This document shows, piece by piece, positions 47,075 through 57,292 of a stretch of DNA of 64,000 nt. The notes under the pieces are model-generated. The model was given only the letters and a program-made list of their open reading frames with translations, did not search any database and was not told the origin of the DNA. This stretch comes from a virus: positions 74,672 to 138,671 of the IMG/VR virus record IMGVR_UViG_3300044797_000318; one strand, written 5' to 3'. The first letter of the stretch is position 1, and every line of letters begins with the position of its first letter. The position numbers were made by a program, and so were the translations under genes.

Positions 47075-47674
47075 TCATTCTAAATAAAAATAAGGAGCTC
47101 CCGTATATCGTCTAATATAAGCTAACAATCTCAATGAAGCTTGCAAATTATATTGCGATATCAATGATAAGGCTTGTTGAGCTATTTCCATAGGAAACAG
47201 ATTGGGCTCAAAGACAATATCTAACTGATTGCTGGCAATGGTAGCAGCAAACCCAGCATCTACAATAGTTCCCGTATCCAAACGATAACCTACCGCATCC
47301 AAATTGAAGAAAACGGTTTGTGGCAGTATGTTGAGGCTAGCTTCCTGAGCAAAAGTATTACTTTGGATAATAGCCCAAGTAGCATCCAAGTTCCAAATAG
47401 TAAATTGTGTGCCACTGATGGAAAACTGATAACCCGTCACATTGTTTTGATTGAGCTGAACACCATCATATGTGCTAAACACATACAAAGAACTGGCTGG
47501 ACAATCTATTACAATATTGATATTGGCGGGACTTTCACCATAATACCACTCTCGAACGGCTGATCCAAGAATAAGGACAGTCCCTAAACTATTGACTATG
47601 GTAAATAGTTGAGCAATTTGAGGGTCTGCCTGTAAAGCAGTTAGACTATTTTGGACAACCGTAGATAAAGTCAT
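47075..47674 (-). CDS. Degenerate Pol-beta/CCA-adding-head nucleotidyltransferase-like protein
   Basis: LGSAVRE (cf. GGAVRD), PANINIV (cf. PKDIDIV), FNLDAVGY. Confidence 0.6.
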   Translation of the reverse strand: MTLSTVVQNSLTALQADPQIAQLFTIVNSLGTVLILGSAVREWYYGESPANINIVIDCPASSLYVFSTYDGVQLNQNNVTGYQFSISGTQFTIWNLDATWAIIQSNTFAQEASLNILPQTVFFNLDAVGYRLDTGTIVDAGFAATIASNQLDIVFEPNLFPMEIAQQALSLISQYNLQASLRLLAYIRRYTGAPYFYLE

Positions 47675-48135
47675 CTATGTCCGCCATGACCACCGTGGCC
47701 ACCACCTACACGACCACCGCCATGGAAACCACCGCCACCATGAAATCCACCACGACCACCATTCCAATGAGCGCCATAATGACCACCTCGATACCCTCGG
47801 TAAAAACCATGACCGTGATAGAAGCCGCCATAACGAGCTACATAACCAGGATAATAACCTCGAAACCAGGCATTATTGTAAAAATAGAAACCACCCCCAG
47901 CCCAAATATGGAAATATGAATCCCAATAGACAACGCCCGCACTGGTAACATAATACGAAGTATCGCAAACTTCTCTTTCACCATAAGCGTTTTCATCAAT
48001 GAAACAACCATAGCTAACCTGTGGTGCCACTGGATCGGCGTATGCTACGCTTTCTACACAGCCCATCAAGCCAAACAAACTAAGGCACGTCATCAAACTA
48101 AATAGTAACTTCTTCATAGGAAACCTCTTCATCAA
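47671..48135 (-). CDS. Predicted lipoprotein with Gly/His/Tyr-rich tail
   Basis: LMGC lipobox; GGFHGGG repeats. Confidence 0.7.
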   Translation of the reverse strand: MMKRFPMKKLLFSLMTCLSLFGLMGCVESVAYADPVAPQVSYGCFIDENAYGEREVCDTSYYVTSAGVVYWDSYFHIWAGGGFYFYNNAWFRGYYPGYVARYGGFYHGHGFYRGYRGGHYGAHWNGGRGGFHGGGGFHGGGRVGGGHGGHGGHR

Positions 48136-48932
48136 ATATAAATCAAATCTTTATCCGAAACATGTAGATAAGAACCTTTGCCTACCCTACATTCCGCATT
48201 ACGTGCAATTTGGACGGTCATCGACTCGTGAGTATGACCGCTTAGAACACACATGTGTCTTTTCTTATGCTTTTCCATTACCTTTTCCAGCTCCACACCT
48301 AAACTACAATTGATGTGGTAAGGAGCCCAAAAGGCTTCGCTAAATATTCCTTTGGCACGATTGGCTTCTGCGTGAGACGGAAAATGCGTCATTACATACA
48401 CCATCTTATATCCATCCAAAGCTTCTTCTAGTCTAAGGGCCAAAGTTTGAGCACTCTTCTTTGCCATCTCCCTCATCAGCTCCAAACGAGCCTTCATATT
48501 GGGAAGTTGTCGGAATTCTTTGACTAAAAACCAGTCAAAAGTATATTTTATGTATTCAGGGTTACCTATTCCAGCATCATACCAACCTTCCGTTCCAATG
48601 AGTGCCGTTCGTTCATTGAGAGGGACAATCCCTGCATCGGTCATCCAAATTAGATTTTTATATTGAACACATAACTGACGAATGCCGGCATGAACTTTCT
48701 CGAAAGAAGAGAACCATAATTCGTGATTGCCATGCACAAAATAGAGGGGGCGCCCAATGCGTTTGCCCAAAAACTCTAAATCGGAGAGGAAAGTAGGCCC
48801 TTCGGAAATATCACCCGTCAAAAATACTCCATGAGGGTGTTGATCCAGAATAGTATTGAGTAACTTATAACGCCCAAATATCTTGATATGCGGGTCGGTT
48901 ATCCATACATATCGTTTTCTTTTAGAGATCAT
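48132..48932 (-). CDS. Metallophosphoesterase (Icc-like)
   Basis: TDPH, TGDI, GNHE, THFP, GHTH. Confidence 0.9.
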   Translation of the reverse strand: MISKRKRYVWITDPHIKIFGRYKLLNTILDQHPHGVFLTGDISEGPTFLSDLEFLGKRIGRPLYFVHGNHELWFSSFEKVHAGIRQLCVQYKNLIWMTDAGIVPLNERTALIGTEGWYDAGIGNPEYIKYTFDWFLVKEFRQLPNMKARLELMREMAKKSAQTLALRLEEALDGYKMVYVMTHFPSHAEANRAKGIFSEAFWAPYHINCSLGVELEKVMEKHKKRHMCVLSGHTHESMTVQIARNAECRVGKGSYLHVSDKDLIYI

Positions 48933-48958
48933 ATATAATTACTCAATTATGAATAGCT

Positions 48959-50830
48959 TTATGCAATCAAATCTAAAAATTGCGTTTCATTGATAAGGGC
49001 CGTTCCCATTTTACGGGCGGCCTGTGCTTTACTACTGGTAGATTGTGGATCGGCAATTATCAGATAACTAAGATTTTTACCAACGCTGTTTTTTACCTCT
49101 CCACCATTCTCTGTAATCATTTTTTCAATTTCTGCACGCTTGATTGAAAGCGTTCCCGTTACTGCAAAACTTTTACCACTCAATTTACCATTGATAATTT
49201 CTTTGATCTTGACACCATTGACAAGTAAGTCGAGAATAAGTTGCTGATTATTTTTGAGGCCATCAGCTAAAAATTGCGCTTTCACCGGCCCCACCCCAGA
49301 TACTTGCTCGAATTGTGCGGCTCCTAACTGCCCAAACTTTTCTAATGTGTTGCAGCCATCTTTCATTATTGCTTTTATTGTTGATTGTCCTATGGTAGGT
49401 ATTGATAAACCGCCCAGAAGCACTTCCAGAGGAACTTCTTTGGCTGCCCACAGGTTGTCATAGCACTTCTGCGCTGACTTCTTACCCATACGATCGATAT
49501 CGGCCAGCTGATCTACTGTCAGAGTATAAAGATCAGCCACCGTCATGACCTTACCAGTTTGCACCAGCTTCTCTATCAGAGTGTCTCCCCATTCTAAGAT
49601 ATTGATTTCTTTGATCCAATTTTTGATGTGACCAATCACTTGGGAAATACACTTGTTAGTATTGAGGCAAACAAGGTTCTCACCCTGAAATACTACTTGA
49701 TCACCACAATCAGGGCAATCCGTAGGTGGCTCAGCAATGGTTCCAGTGCCTTTGACTAACTCCTCAATACGGGGGATGACGTCATTAGCACGGGCTACCA
49801 GCACCTTAGCACCGATATCCAATCCCAACTCTTCGATATAACCAATGTTATACAAGCTGGCACGAGTAACAGTAGCACCTACTAACACTACTGGATCCAC
49901 TACTGCCACAGGGGTCAATCGACCACTATTGCCCACTTGCCAAATGATATCTCGAATTACACTCTCACGAGTTTCATTATCAAACTTGAAAGCCATAGCT
50001 CCCAGAGGTCGGAGGTCTTTATCACCCAAAGCCATCTGCTTATCAAAGTCATTGATGCGAACTACCAAACCATCGATATCATAGTTGAGCAAATCGCGCT
50101 CAGTGTCTTGATAAGTGCGCCAGTGTGTATTGACATCATCGATATTCTTGAAAGTCCAATAAGAGGGAACGCTAATATTGTTGTCTTTCATCCACTCGAA
50201 CTGATCCTCTTCTGAGGAAAAATCCAGATCGCCCAATACTTGATAGAAAAGAATATTGAGTTTATCAACCCCCACTCCATCCAAACGCTTGGAAACACCC
50301 GAAGCAGCATTGCGCGGATTAGCCTTTTCAGGGAAATCCTGCTTCCAGACCGATTTCTGCATAATGATTTCACCACGAAGAGAACCATTGAAATCAGTAT
50401 TGAGGTCATTATTGACCCCACCCATACGAGTCACATTGACAGTAATATCCTCACCAGTGATACCATCACCTCGGGTAATAGCCTGCACTAGCTTACCATG
50501 CTCATACACTACTTCGATAGAGATACCATCCAACTTTTGAGTGACGAACCAGGACTGACAATTCTTATCCTTGGCCCAATCAGCCATCTCAGTAGGGGTA
50601 TTGACTTTGTTGAGAGAGCCCATTGGGATCTGGTGCTTAGCTTTCTGCCATTCAGAAGGCCCCACAGGGGCTCCCACAGCTGTCAAAGCAGGATGATTAG
50701 CATCCAAAGTGCGCAGCTCATCTGACCAAGCATCAAAGACGCTGTCTTTTATCTTTGTCTCACCATTATAGTAATCATTACGAGCCTGCGTAATCTTATC
50801 CGCTAACTCTTGAATACGAACTTTCGACAT
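48959..50830 (-). CDS. ligA: NAD-dependent DNA ligase
   Basis: PMGSL, KLDG, TRGDG..GEDIT, RGE, ANPRNAA, DGLVVR, OB fold, Zn finger, HhH, BRCT. Confidence 0.97.
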   Translation of the reverse strand: MSKVRIQELADKITQARNDYYNGETKIKDSVFDAWSDELRTLDANHPALTAVGAPVGPSEWQKAKHQIPMGSLNKVNTPTEMADWAKDKNCQSWFVTQKLDGISIEVVYEHGKLVQAITRGDGITGEDITVNVTRMGGVNNDLNTDFNGSLRGEIIMQKSVWKQDFPEKANPRNAASGVSKRLDGVGVDKLNILFYQVLGDLDFSSEEDQFEWMKDNNISVPSYWTFKNIDDVNTHWRTYQDTERDLLNYDIDGLVVRINDFDKQMALGDKDLRPLGAMAFKFDNETRESVIRDIIWQVGNSGRLTPVAVVDPVVLVGATVTRASLYNIGYIEELGLDIGAKVLVARANDVIPRIEELVKGTGTIAEPPTDCPDCGDQVVFQGENLVCLNTNKCISQVIGHIKNWIKEINILEWGDTLIEKLVQTGKVMTVADLYTLTVDQLADIDRMGKKSAQKCYDNLWAAKEVPLEVLLGGLSIPTIGQSTIKAIMKDGCNTLEKFGQLGAAQFEQVSGVGPVKAQFLADGLKNNQQLILDLLVNGVKIKEIINGKLSGKSFAVTGTLSIKRAEIEKMITENGGEVKNSVGKNLSYLIIADPQSTSSKAQAARKMGTALINETQFLDLIA

Positions 50831-50912
50831 TCTATCACCTTTTTTGACTTGGGTAAATGCGATCGAGGTAAAGATTTGAGGGAAGACGCACCACTCCCAC
50901 CAGCACCTCTAC

Positions 50913-50940
50913 ATCGTAAGGCTGCGGTGCAGCTTGTCAA
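50913..50940 (-). promoter_or_regulatory. Sigma70-like promoter TTGACA-N16-TACGAT for ligA
   Basis: Read directly. Confidence 0.55.
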
Positions 50941-51175
50941 GAATGCCGTAATTTATTAAATTGCTTAGTGTCGGCTTTTCGTCGTTTATCAAAAAAAGCG
51001 CGCACAGTACTAAAAATTGTCAATACTCCGGATCCAACACTAATTACTTCTATTATTTCTATAACCATTTTATCATCAATAAGTCCTACGCCCAATAGCA
51101 CACCCCCTCTTGCCGGAACCGCCCCATTGTAGATGTTGAAATTAGTAAGTCAAGCTGAACCGAAAATTTATTATT

Positions 51176-51739
51176 TTACCTTCTTTTGGCCGGCTTCTTC
51201 TTGATTTCACCAGCTAGTCTAAGGATAACGAAAGGTGGTGCAACCCCAGCTGAGAAAGTGGCAGCTGCGGAGAGAGCTATATTGAGCCTATCTTCTGGCT
51301 TCATTTTCTCCGTAGCAAACATAGCACCTAGGGCCAGATCAGCTCCACACCCCAGTGCGTCAAAAGTGGCGTGAAGCTTACCCACCTGATAATCCCGCTC
51401 TACATTATACAGATTTCCCTTGTATCCTACTAAAAAATTACCACCCAAGGTAGCATCTTTATCACCAAAACCATTGATAGAAAAACATTGTCGAACTGCA
51501 TCCACGAAGCTGGTAACCATATATTCCATATCGTTTTGATGCACGGTTTGTGCAGGAGGGGCAAATTTGTATCTAAGTAGTTGGCCCATACGAAATGATT
51601 GCGTGAAACCCATCAAAAATGGCCCGTTGCCAAACACTTTCTCATCAGCCCTAATAGAAAGGGATGATCCAGCTACCCCCGCACTATCTCCACCAATGTA
51701 TACATCGCCTTTGTCTACGAGCCCTATTACACATGTCAT
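51176..51739 (-). CDS. HslV/proteasome-type Ntn protease subunit
   Basis: N-terminal M-T-C (Thr1 nucleophile), GGDS, EKVF, LGCGADLALGA. Confidence 0.8.
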   Translation of the reverse strand: MTCVIGLVDKGDVYIGGDSAGVAGSSLSIRADEKVFGNGPFLMGFTQSFRMGQLLRYKFAPPAQTVHQNDMEYMVTSFVDAVRQCFSINGFGDKDATLGGNFLVGYKGNLYNVERDYQVGKLHATFDALGCGADLALGAMFATEKMKPEDRLNIALSAAATFSAGVAPPFVILRLAGEIKKKPAKRR

Positions 51740-51757
51740 ATGATCTCCTAAAATGGC

Positions 51758-52384
51758 TTATGGTTTTTCTTGCAGCTCTATGATTGTACTATATCGCTCC
51801 ACTAATCTTTTGATTTCGTCTTTCACCAAAGGTATTTTAGGAAAAAAGTTGATGGGGGCGAGTGTTACCATCTTATCGAAGATCGGAAAATACTTTTCTT
51901 TGGTTTCTTGTATTTGCTTTTTCTGAAATTCCAAAGTAGTGCCAGGGATCATCAGAGATCGTAAATTATCTAATCGATCACAGGCCTTGATGGCCAGGAT
52001 TTTCCAATCGTGGCAACTAGATAAACGCTCAATATAGCCTTCTTTGGGGACTTTGCTCAGTGTCTTGATCATATAAGGCACATCCTGGCCAAAACAATGT
52101 TCCAATAATTCAGGGGTTAGATCGTGGGTGTCTTCTATCGAGTCATGCAAAATGGCCGTAATAATCATATCACGATCGATAATTCCCATTTCGTCCATCA
52201 ATATAATAGCTACTCTGCGACAATGCTCGAAATAACGGGTGGGCTTCCCATCTTCCGTCAGTTCTTTTCTGGTTTGGGCTCGATGCCCAAACTTAGCCAA
52301 GCAATAAGCTAGCTTGACGTCCAGCTGTTGAGAAGGCGCAAAGAAAGGGGCAATGCGAGCTTGAAAGGTTTCTTTATTCTCCAT
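51758..52384 (-). CDS. Stand-alone RelA/SpoT-type HD hydrolase (small alarmone hydrolase/Mesh1-like)
   Basis: H..Q.RK, YFEH...VA, AILHDSIEDT, K.CDRLDNLR. Confidence 0.9.
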   Translation of the reverse strand: MENKETFQARIAPFFAPSQQLDVKLAYCLAKFGHRAQTRKELTEDGKPTRYFEHCRRVAIILMDEMGIIDRDMIITAILHDSIEDTHDLTPELLEHCFGQDVPYMIKTLSKVPKEGYIERLSSCHDWKILAIKACDRLDNLRSLMIPGTTLEFQKKQIQETKEKYFPIFDKMVTLAPINFFPKIPLVKDEIKRLVERYSTIIELQEKP

Positions 52385-52640
52385 AATGGATCCTATATAA
52401 TTCTATGGCTTGCTCTCGCATTATCTTGAAATGACCCAGAAGAAAATTCAATAAATCTTCATCTTTTATCACTTCAAGACGACATATGCAACAAGTTGCT
52501 CCATCGTTTCCACCTTCGTCTTCTTGATTAGCACAAATCGGAGAACAAAAACATCCCCCACAATCACACCAAGTGGCATCACGACTAACATCTGGAAAAT
52601 TACACCTACAATGACTACAAGTATAATAATCAACACTCAT
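52374..52640 (-). CDS. Cys-rich small protein
   Basis: Multiple CxxC motifs. Confidence 0.6.
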   Translation of the reverse strand: MSVDYYTCSHCRCNFPDVSRDATWCDCGGCFCSPICANQEDEGGNDGATCCICRLEVIKDEDLLNFLLGHFKIMREQAIELYRIHYGE

Positions 52641-53704
52641 CTTATTATTACTCCTAATTCTGAGACTAATCTCTCTATAATAGACTTCTGAATTTTATTG
52701 ACTTCCACATTACGCAGCGTTCCTTCCATAGAACGATACATTACCCTATAACACTGCGAGGTGTGTCCTTTCAGCTGAAACTCGTCGATCAGGGTGACGG
52801 ACTCGATCAAGTTTTTGGTATCCACATCACGAGCGATAGAACATAAATCATTGTATGAAAACTTCTCACTAACAAAGAAGGAAACATCCTTATAGCAAGC
52901 CTCATATTTAGAGTAAGGTTGGAACTTAGTAATCTGGCCCGGAGTAAATTGACTGAGAAAACGCCTATCGGTCGACCAAAACAGTCTAATATCGGGGATA
53001 TCGAACATGACCATAGCCAATCGTTCTAATCCTAAACCGAAGGCCCAGGCTTTTTTATGTCCTAAGCCCAAATCATTCATAATATCGGGGTGAACAGTGC
53101 CAGCTCCCAAGATTTCTAATTGACGATCTTTGCCGTTTTCATCGGTCAAAGTAATGCTAATTTCCAGAGAATCCACTGTGAAGGGGAAATATACCTCTTC
53201 GTGTTCTGAGCCTTCTAAAAATTGATATTGGATTTTGTCGCCAAATAGGTGTTTGACCAATCCACTCAGTTTTTCTCGAAGGTGTTGCTTGACATCCACT
53301 CCATCATCCACAATATGGAAAGCATCCATTTGGTGGAAGACTGGGTAATGTGTGGAATCGATAGCATCTTTGCGATAGACATCACCACAAGTAATGTATT
53401 TGAGGACACTGTTGCCAGTAGCAGATTTTCCCAATGGATACAGATAGCAAGTCATATGAGTGCGAAGGCAAATCTCTTCATTCTTGTAATAGGTATCGGA
53501 CGGGCTTCGGGAAGGATGATCCTTAGGAACACGTAGTCTATCGAAGTTGTATTCAATGGGAACATAAGGATTATCTATTTCAATTTTAGTCAAATCATCG
53601 AAATAACTAAATACCTTCTCCTTGACAATACACAGAGGATGCTCCTCCGTTTTGTAGAGAACACGATCGATTTTCATTTCGATACTGGGGGTAATGTTGT
53701 GCAT
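52637..53704 (-). CDS. Monomeric organellar-type phenylalanyl-tRNA synthetase (catalytic + FDX-ACB)
   Basis: NFD.L..P.DHPSR..SDTYY, LRTH, GDVYRKD.ID..HYPVFHQ, FPFT..SLE, WAFGLGLERLAM..F.IPDIRLFW, C-terminal FDX-ACB; probable start MHNITP. Confidence 0.93.
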   Translation of the reverse strand: MHNITPSIEMKIDRVLYKTEEHPLCIVKEKVFSYFDDLTKIEIDNPYVPIEYNFDRLRVPKDHPSRSPSDTYYKNEEICLRTHMTCYLYPLGKSATGNSVLKYITCGDVYRKDAIDSTHYPVFHQMDAFHIVDDGVDVKQHLREKLSGLVKHLFGDKIQYQFLEGSEHEEVYFPFTVDSLEISITLTDENGKDRQLEILGAGTVHPDIMNDLGLGHKKAWAFGLGLERLAMVMFDIPDIRLFWSTDRRFLSQFTPGQITKFQPYSKYEACYKDVSFFVSEKFSYNDLCSIARDVDTKNLIESVTLIDEFQLKGHTSQCYRVMYRSMEGTLRNVEVNKIQKSIIERLVSELGVIIR

Positions 53705-53981
53705 AATATTCTTTATTGAGTTTTCGTCTGTCAAACCAAGCATCCCTGCCACGAGAATGATTGCATGGACGACAAGCTAATGTGATATTACTAATGTCAT
53801 TGGTTCCACCTAGACATAGTGGAATTATGTGTTCTAGTGTCAAATCATCAACTAAAAAAGCTTTCTTGCAGTAATAGCAAGGTGCCAAATATAAATCTTT
53901 GATTAGTTTCTTTCTAAGTTTATAGCTTTTACTTCTTTGTTTTTGGCGTTTCTTTCTTCGCAGCCTTTTGTCAGCGCTCAT
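53607..53981 (-). CDS. HNH endonuclease
   Basis: CYYC, TLEHIIP...GG.N...N...AC.PCN..R; 3' end overlaps the PheRS start. Confidence 0.8.
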   Translation of the reverse strand: MSADKRLRRKKRQKQRSKSYKLRKKLIKDLYLAPCYYCKKAFLVDDLTLEHIIPLCLGGTNDISNITLACRPCNHSRGRDAWFDRRKLNKEYYAQHYPQYRNENRSCSLQNGGASSVYCQGEGI

Positions 53982-53984
53982 TGT

Positions 53985-54431
53985 TTATAAAACTTGAAGT
54001 CTTTTGATAGTTTTAGAAATTTTACTACGATATTGTGGCCACAAACAAATTACAGTTTCTGATCCTGATGGAATTTCCGTAAGCCCAGCATCAATTATCA
54101 GAACACAATCGGGAAATTCTGATTTTATTTTAGCCCACTCTTTATCATCAGCTTTCAAAACAATTTTTCTAATAGAAGAATTTAGCCATTCACCCATAAT
54201 AGATATTTTACGAGATAACTCAGTATATCTACTTTTATCAACTGACGTTGGACCTGGCGTAATGCGATAGTCTGCCATTAGTTTATGCAATTTTCTAGAT
54301 TCTTCTTTGAGATCAAAATATTGCATCATCAATGTCTGGCAGGCGTGTCCAACCTGAGCACAAGATTTACCAACACTCATGCCGAGAGTTTCCCTGACAA
54401 CAATATATACGACTATGGGATCTTCATTCAT
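53985..54431 (-). CDS. pth2: Peptidyl-tRNA hydrolase Pth2 (archaeal/eukaryotic type)
   Basis: IVVR..L.MS.GK..AQ.GHA, KIVLK, DAGLTEI..GS.TV. Confidence 0.92.
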   Translation of the reverse strand: MNEDPIVVYIVVRETLGMSVGKSCAQVGHACQTLMMQYFDLKEESRKLHKLMADYRITPGPTSVDKSRYTELSRKISIMGEWLNSSIRKIVLKADDKEWAKIKSEFPDCVLIIDAGLTEIPSGSETVICLWPQYRSKISKTIKRLQVL

Positions 54432-54501
54432 TATGACTGTCTCCGTGATTATACACTAATCATTGCCAGCTCAAAGTCAAGCCCCACAAATATTGTATAA
54501 A

Positions 54502-55770
54502 TTACATGCCAGGAGGCGGTGGAACTGGCGGTGGTGTAGGTGGTGGGCTCAAAGAAAAATCACTTTGCCAGTAGGGGAAGCAAAGTGCTTCATATGGATT
54601 GTTTATATTGTTATTGGCTGGAAGTAATACGCGCGTAATAGTGCCATAGGCCATCACCGTGGCATCGTAAAAATTATATTTCAGCTGTTGATTGCAAGCG
54701 AAAATAGCCGATTCGCCACTACCACCAAATAGCCATATGCGATCATAAATGATAGCTATCTGTGAGTGAGACAATACCCCACGCACCGTTTGCATAGTAT
54801 CTTGAAAAACACTGGGAGCAGCTAGATCGCACTGGATAATAGGAGTAAATCCGGTGGGGGCTGCACCCACCATCGGCCCAATAATGTATCCACTAGCACC
54901 AACCGTCACGAACTTGCCGAAAGAGGTAGGATATGGCAAATAGCCATCCAATGCCCATACAGTGGGGTCATTGATAGAAGCTGACCAAATAGCACTGGTA
55001 GACACTTCGGGAGATATTTGTCCGCCAAATATCATCCAGTGGCCATCGATCTGCGCAAAGACCGACCCATAAATAGGCACAGGTATTTGGAACCCAGAAT
55101 TACTCCACGCCAAGGGATTAGTAGTGGAGGCTTGGTAGATAACATTGGAGGCGTTATAGCCATCTTGACCACCAAAAAGATTTAGGTGGGTATTATACAT
55201 TCCCAAATTAGAATATTGCAGGGGGCCAGGTAAAGTGCTGCCAGTATTAGTCCAGTTCAATGGATTGCTAACAGGGGCAGAGAAAATGGTATTGACCGTT
55301 TCCGTCCCGCTATTACCACCAAATAGATAAATAGTGTTGTTGATAATAGCTAAGGAGGCACCATAAAGCGGGGTAGGGAGAGTAGCCCCAGTCTCTGTCC
55401 AGTCGGCTGGGTTATCGACACTGGCCATATAAATGGCATTCGTAATCTTGCCACCAAACATATACACATATCCGTCAATAACGGCTAGCTGTGCATCCTC
55501 AACATCGGCCGGCAGAACTTTATAAATTGGATAGTCCCGCACTATTTCTGATGGGAACGGCGACCAACTAGCTGGTAAAGGAAGATTGAAATCAGCAATA
55601 ACACTTGGATCGTTGATCGCATAAGCAGAGATATCTGTTAGGGTATTATTGCCCGACTTGCTACCATAATAGTATTGAGCACCAAAATCTGGGAAATTGG
55701 CGACTATCCAAGTGCGATATTGTGTGGGGTTGGAATTGACATCCCTGGCCAACATTTTGTAGAGAACCAT
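54502..55770 (-). CDS. Kelch-repeat beta-propeller protein with poly-Pro tail
   Basis: Repeated YxFGG...W...LP units. Confidence 0.85.
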   Translation of the reverse strand: MVLYKMLARDVNSNPTQYRTWIVANFPDFGAQYYYGSKSGNNTLTDISAYAINDPSVIADFNLPLPASWSPFPSEIVRDYPIYKVLPADVEDAQLAVIDGYVYMFGGKITNAIYMASVDNPADWTETGATLPTPLYGASLAIINNTIYLFGGNSGTETVNTIFSAPVSNPLNWTNTGSTLPGPLQYSNLGMYNTHLNLFGGQDGYNASNVIYQASTTNPLAWSNSGFQIPVPIYGSVFAQIDGHWMIFGGQISPEVSTSAIWSASINDPTVWALDGYLPYPTSFGKFVTVGASGYIIGPMVGAAPTGFTPIIQCDLAAPSVFQDTMQTVRGVLSHSQIAIIYDRIWLFGGSGESAIFACNQQLKYNFYDATVMAYGTITRVLLPANNNINNPYEALCFPYWQSDFSLSPPPTPPPVPPPPGM

Positions 55771-55800
55771 ACAAAGAATGCTGGATTATGACGATACTAT

Positions 55801-57282
55801 TTAGAATGTCTTGATTGCTTTTCTAGCCAAATATAGTTTCGATTTGGCACGAGTGAAAGCGACATATTTTATATTGAGCTCTTCTTCATTAGAGGCACGA
55901 AGAGTATCCGCTAACACAAAAACGATATCTGCTTCTTTCCCTTTGATTTTGTGGATACTTGAAAATAGGACAATGCTTTTTTCATCATTATCCTTGAATA
56001 AATTAGCAATATTCTCTTTTACCTCTTCCAAAGAGACGGCATCTTCGCACAACATATTGATGCACTCTGCTTTATCTGCAATAAAATCCGTATTAGCTTT
56101 GGGGTATTTGATCAAGAGATTTTCTTTCTCTTGTTTTTCCCATTCCACCACCCATTTTAGCAAATCGCTAACTTTCTTTTTCTCGGACTTCTTAATCAAA
56201 TATAAAAGACCATTACCAATATCTCTACCTAAAATATTGGCAGGAATACTATTTTTGAGAAAACGCATACAATGTTTGATCAGGGGTGCATTGGTGCGGC
56301 TCAACACATAGGAGCCTGGTTTGGCATACTTTTGCAAGTTTTCAATATCAATCTCGATGATTTCACCTTCGAGCGATTTTTCATACGGCATAATATCGGG
56401 CACGATAGTTTGTGCCAAGGCCACCACACTCTTAGGACATCGATAGCAAATAGGTAAGGCCAATTCTTTCGGACTAAACCTACTCTTGAAGTTCTCTAAC
56501 ACCTTAGTATCAGCTCCTCGCCAGGAGTAAATAGCTTGGCGAGGATCCAAAACAGCAATTATTCTACCATCAATTTTGGAAGCTGAAAGAGCCAATTCTA
56601 TTTGTGCCTTGGATAAATCCTGAGCCTCATCGATAAAGACATAGTCGTATTTACCAACATTGATACGATATACGAAGGGGAACCATATCATATCATTGAA
56701 GTCAATAATGTTGGTTTTTTCTTTGCAAAGTCTAAGCGCTTGGCAGACATGTTTGATAAAAGTCTCTGGTGGAGTTTCACACAAATCAATATCATATTGA
56801 CAGATCAACTCCTCTATTTGAGACGGGGTATCTACCAAATTGGATTTGCAAAAGTCGACCGTCTGGCAGATATTATCTATCAAATCGAAATTGTTGCCCA
56901 CTATTTCTTCAACAATATTCCAACATTTGTCGTTATCTAATTCCACATTACCAAATCTTTGTTTGATGCCTCGAAACCCCAGGGAATGTAAAGTCAGACA
57001 TTCTATGTAGCTACCCAAACGAAGTTTGAGTTCTTCTTGAATGTGCTTATTGAAGGCACAAAACAAAGACTTCTTGCCCTTGGGAATATATTTGGAGCCC
57101 TCTACCAAGGAAGAAGTTTTGGCGGAACCTGCCCTGGCAATGACCACCGTGTGCCCAGTTCCCTTAGAAATGTCTCTGAAAATTTCTTTTTGATAGTCAG
57201 ACCAATCCCTTTTGGGCTGAGCCTTGAAAGTAAGAACTTCTGGTTTCTTGGGCGGAAATTTCGTCCATTTTTTGTCAGGCAT
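55801..57282 (-). CDS. UvrD/Rep-like SF1 helicase
   Basis: ARAGSAKT, AFN, TLHS, IDEAQD, D.RQAIY.WRGA, YRC, SIHKIKGKE, YVAFTRA. Confidence 0.92.
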   Translation of the reverse strand: MPDKKWTKFPPKKPEVLTFKAQPKRDWSDYQKEIFRDISKGTGHTVVIARAGSAKTSSLVEGSKYIPKGKKSLFCAFNKHIQEELKLRLGSYIECLTLHSLGFRGIKQRFGNVELDNDKCWNIVEEIVGNNFDLIDNICQTVDFCKSNLVDTPSQIEELICQYDIDLCETPPETFIKHVCQALRLCKEKTNIIDFNDMIWFPFVYRINVGKYDYVFIDEAQDLSKAQIELALSASKIDGRIIAVLDPRQAIYSWRGADTKVLENFKSRFSPKELALPICYRCPKSVVALAQTIVPDIMPYEKSLEGEIIEIDIENLQKYAKPGSYVLSRTNAPLIKHCMRFLKNSIPANILGRDIGNGLLYLIKKSEKKKVSDLLKWVVEWEKQEKENLLIKYPKANTDFIADKAECINMLCEDAVSLEEVKENIANLFKDNDEKSIVLFSSIHKIKGKEADIVFVLADTLRASNEEELNIKYVAFTRAKSKLYLARKAIKTF

Positions 57283-57292
57283 TTTTTCCTTC

